From NCBI GenBank assembly GCA_038999435.1, contig JAVZYR010000015.1, forward strand, positions 1 to 15,315: a stretch of DNA of 15,315 bases. The letters are read 5' to 3'. Every line of letters starts with the position of its first letter. Position 1 is the first letter of the stretch. The notes below the pieces were generated by a model. The model had not been told where the DNA came from. It did no database searches and saw nothing but the letters and a program-made list of their open reading frames with translations. The position numbers and the translations under genes were made by a program. Positions 14,742 to 15,315 of the stretch are shown piece by piece. The stretch is from Candidatus Aenigmatarchaeota archaeon. GTDB taxonomy: Archaea > Aenigmatarchaeota > Aenigmatarchaeia > QMZP01.

Positions 14742-15315
14742 TTATGCCAAAAAGGAATTGATATCTCTCTTTGTTCTGAATTTATACCCGACCTTTTCAA
14801 ACATCCCTTTTAGCTTTATCGCATCCTTTTCCAGAATAGGGCTTTCTGATATCAGCGTTACATCAAGCCTGCGGCTTAGCACCTCTTTCACAAGCAAGCT
14901 AAAATCAGGTTTGAGCTTATCTAACGTTAGATGATAGCGCTCATTGCCCTTGCCAATACCAGCAGGGCTGTAAAATACGCATGTAAAATGGCAATGATAG
15001 TGCTTTAGCCTCAGCTCAGACAGTGCATCGAAAATCTGACCAAAATCTATTTGTCCACCTTGCCGAGCATATATGTGGGCAAAATCGATTGTTGGCATGC
15101 AACCCTTCACAGCTCTGCAGAGTTCGATGATTTCGCTCAGCTCACCGAATGTTGCCTGCTTGCCCATTGTTTCAGGGCCAAGCATCACATCCTTGATTCC
15201 TTTGGCTCTCAGTTTTTCAATCATATCCTCACAAGCAGATTTTACCTTTTCAAATGCTTGCTCCTTACTCAACTTACCATAGAATCCAGGATGAAAGACA
15301 ACAATGCTTGCACCC
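14742..15315 (-). CDS. nfo: Endonuclease IV (archaeal AP endonuclease, TIM barrel), 5'-partial
   Basis: Frame is open to the window edge (GASIVVFHPGFYGK...). Motifs GPETMGK, PTIDFAH, HCHF and ISESP. Confidence 0.88.
   Translation of the reverse strand, partial: GASIVVFHPGFYGKLSKEQAFEKVKSACEDMIEKLRAKGIKDVMLGPETMGKQATFGELSEIIELCRAVKGCMPTIDFAHIYARQGGQIDFGQIFDALSELRLKHYHCHFTCVFYSPAGIGKGNERYHLTLDKLKPDFSLLVKEVLSRRLDVTLISESPILEKDAIKLKGMFEKVGYKFRTKRDINSFLA

Overview
Gene-dense archaeal chromosomal window: aIF-2beta, L34e, L14e, aEF-1beta, archease/RtcB, an FtsZ2-type FtsZ, TATA-box promoters and many apparently leaderless genes. The compact, shuffled gene order suggests a streamlined, possibly DPANN-like archaeon (inference only). 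From left to right it holds: partial archease; a 42-aa CPxCG zinc-ribbon microprotein; a CxxC hypothetical coupled to rtcB; rtcB; aIF-2beta; a fully bounded 7-gene group 4 membrane-bound [NiFe]-hydrogenase operon with an unusually short antiporter-like subunit and a convergent maturation protease; a structured intergenic region; ftsZ; bacterial-type panD coupled to an ADP-forming acetate-CoA ligase beta subunit; rpl34e-rpl14e without cmk; a DUF1610 zinc-ribbon gene with aEF-1beta; an AT-rich reprolysin-like metalloprotease next to a rhomboid protease; a 2-oxoacid:ferredoxin oxidoreductase gamma-delta-cutA-alpha operon with no beta subunit; two small orphan ORFs; and partial endonuclease IV. 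I found no tRNA, rRNA, CRISPR array or mobile element. The best novelty candidates are the minimal 'half-antiporter' hydrogenase and the palindrome-rich ftsZ leader.
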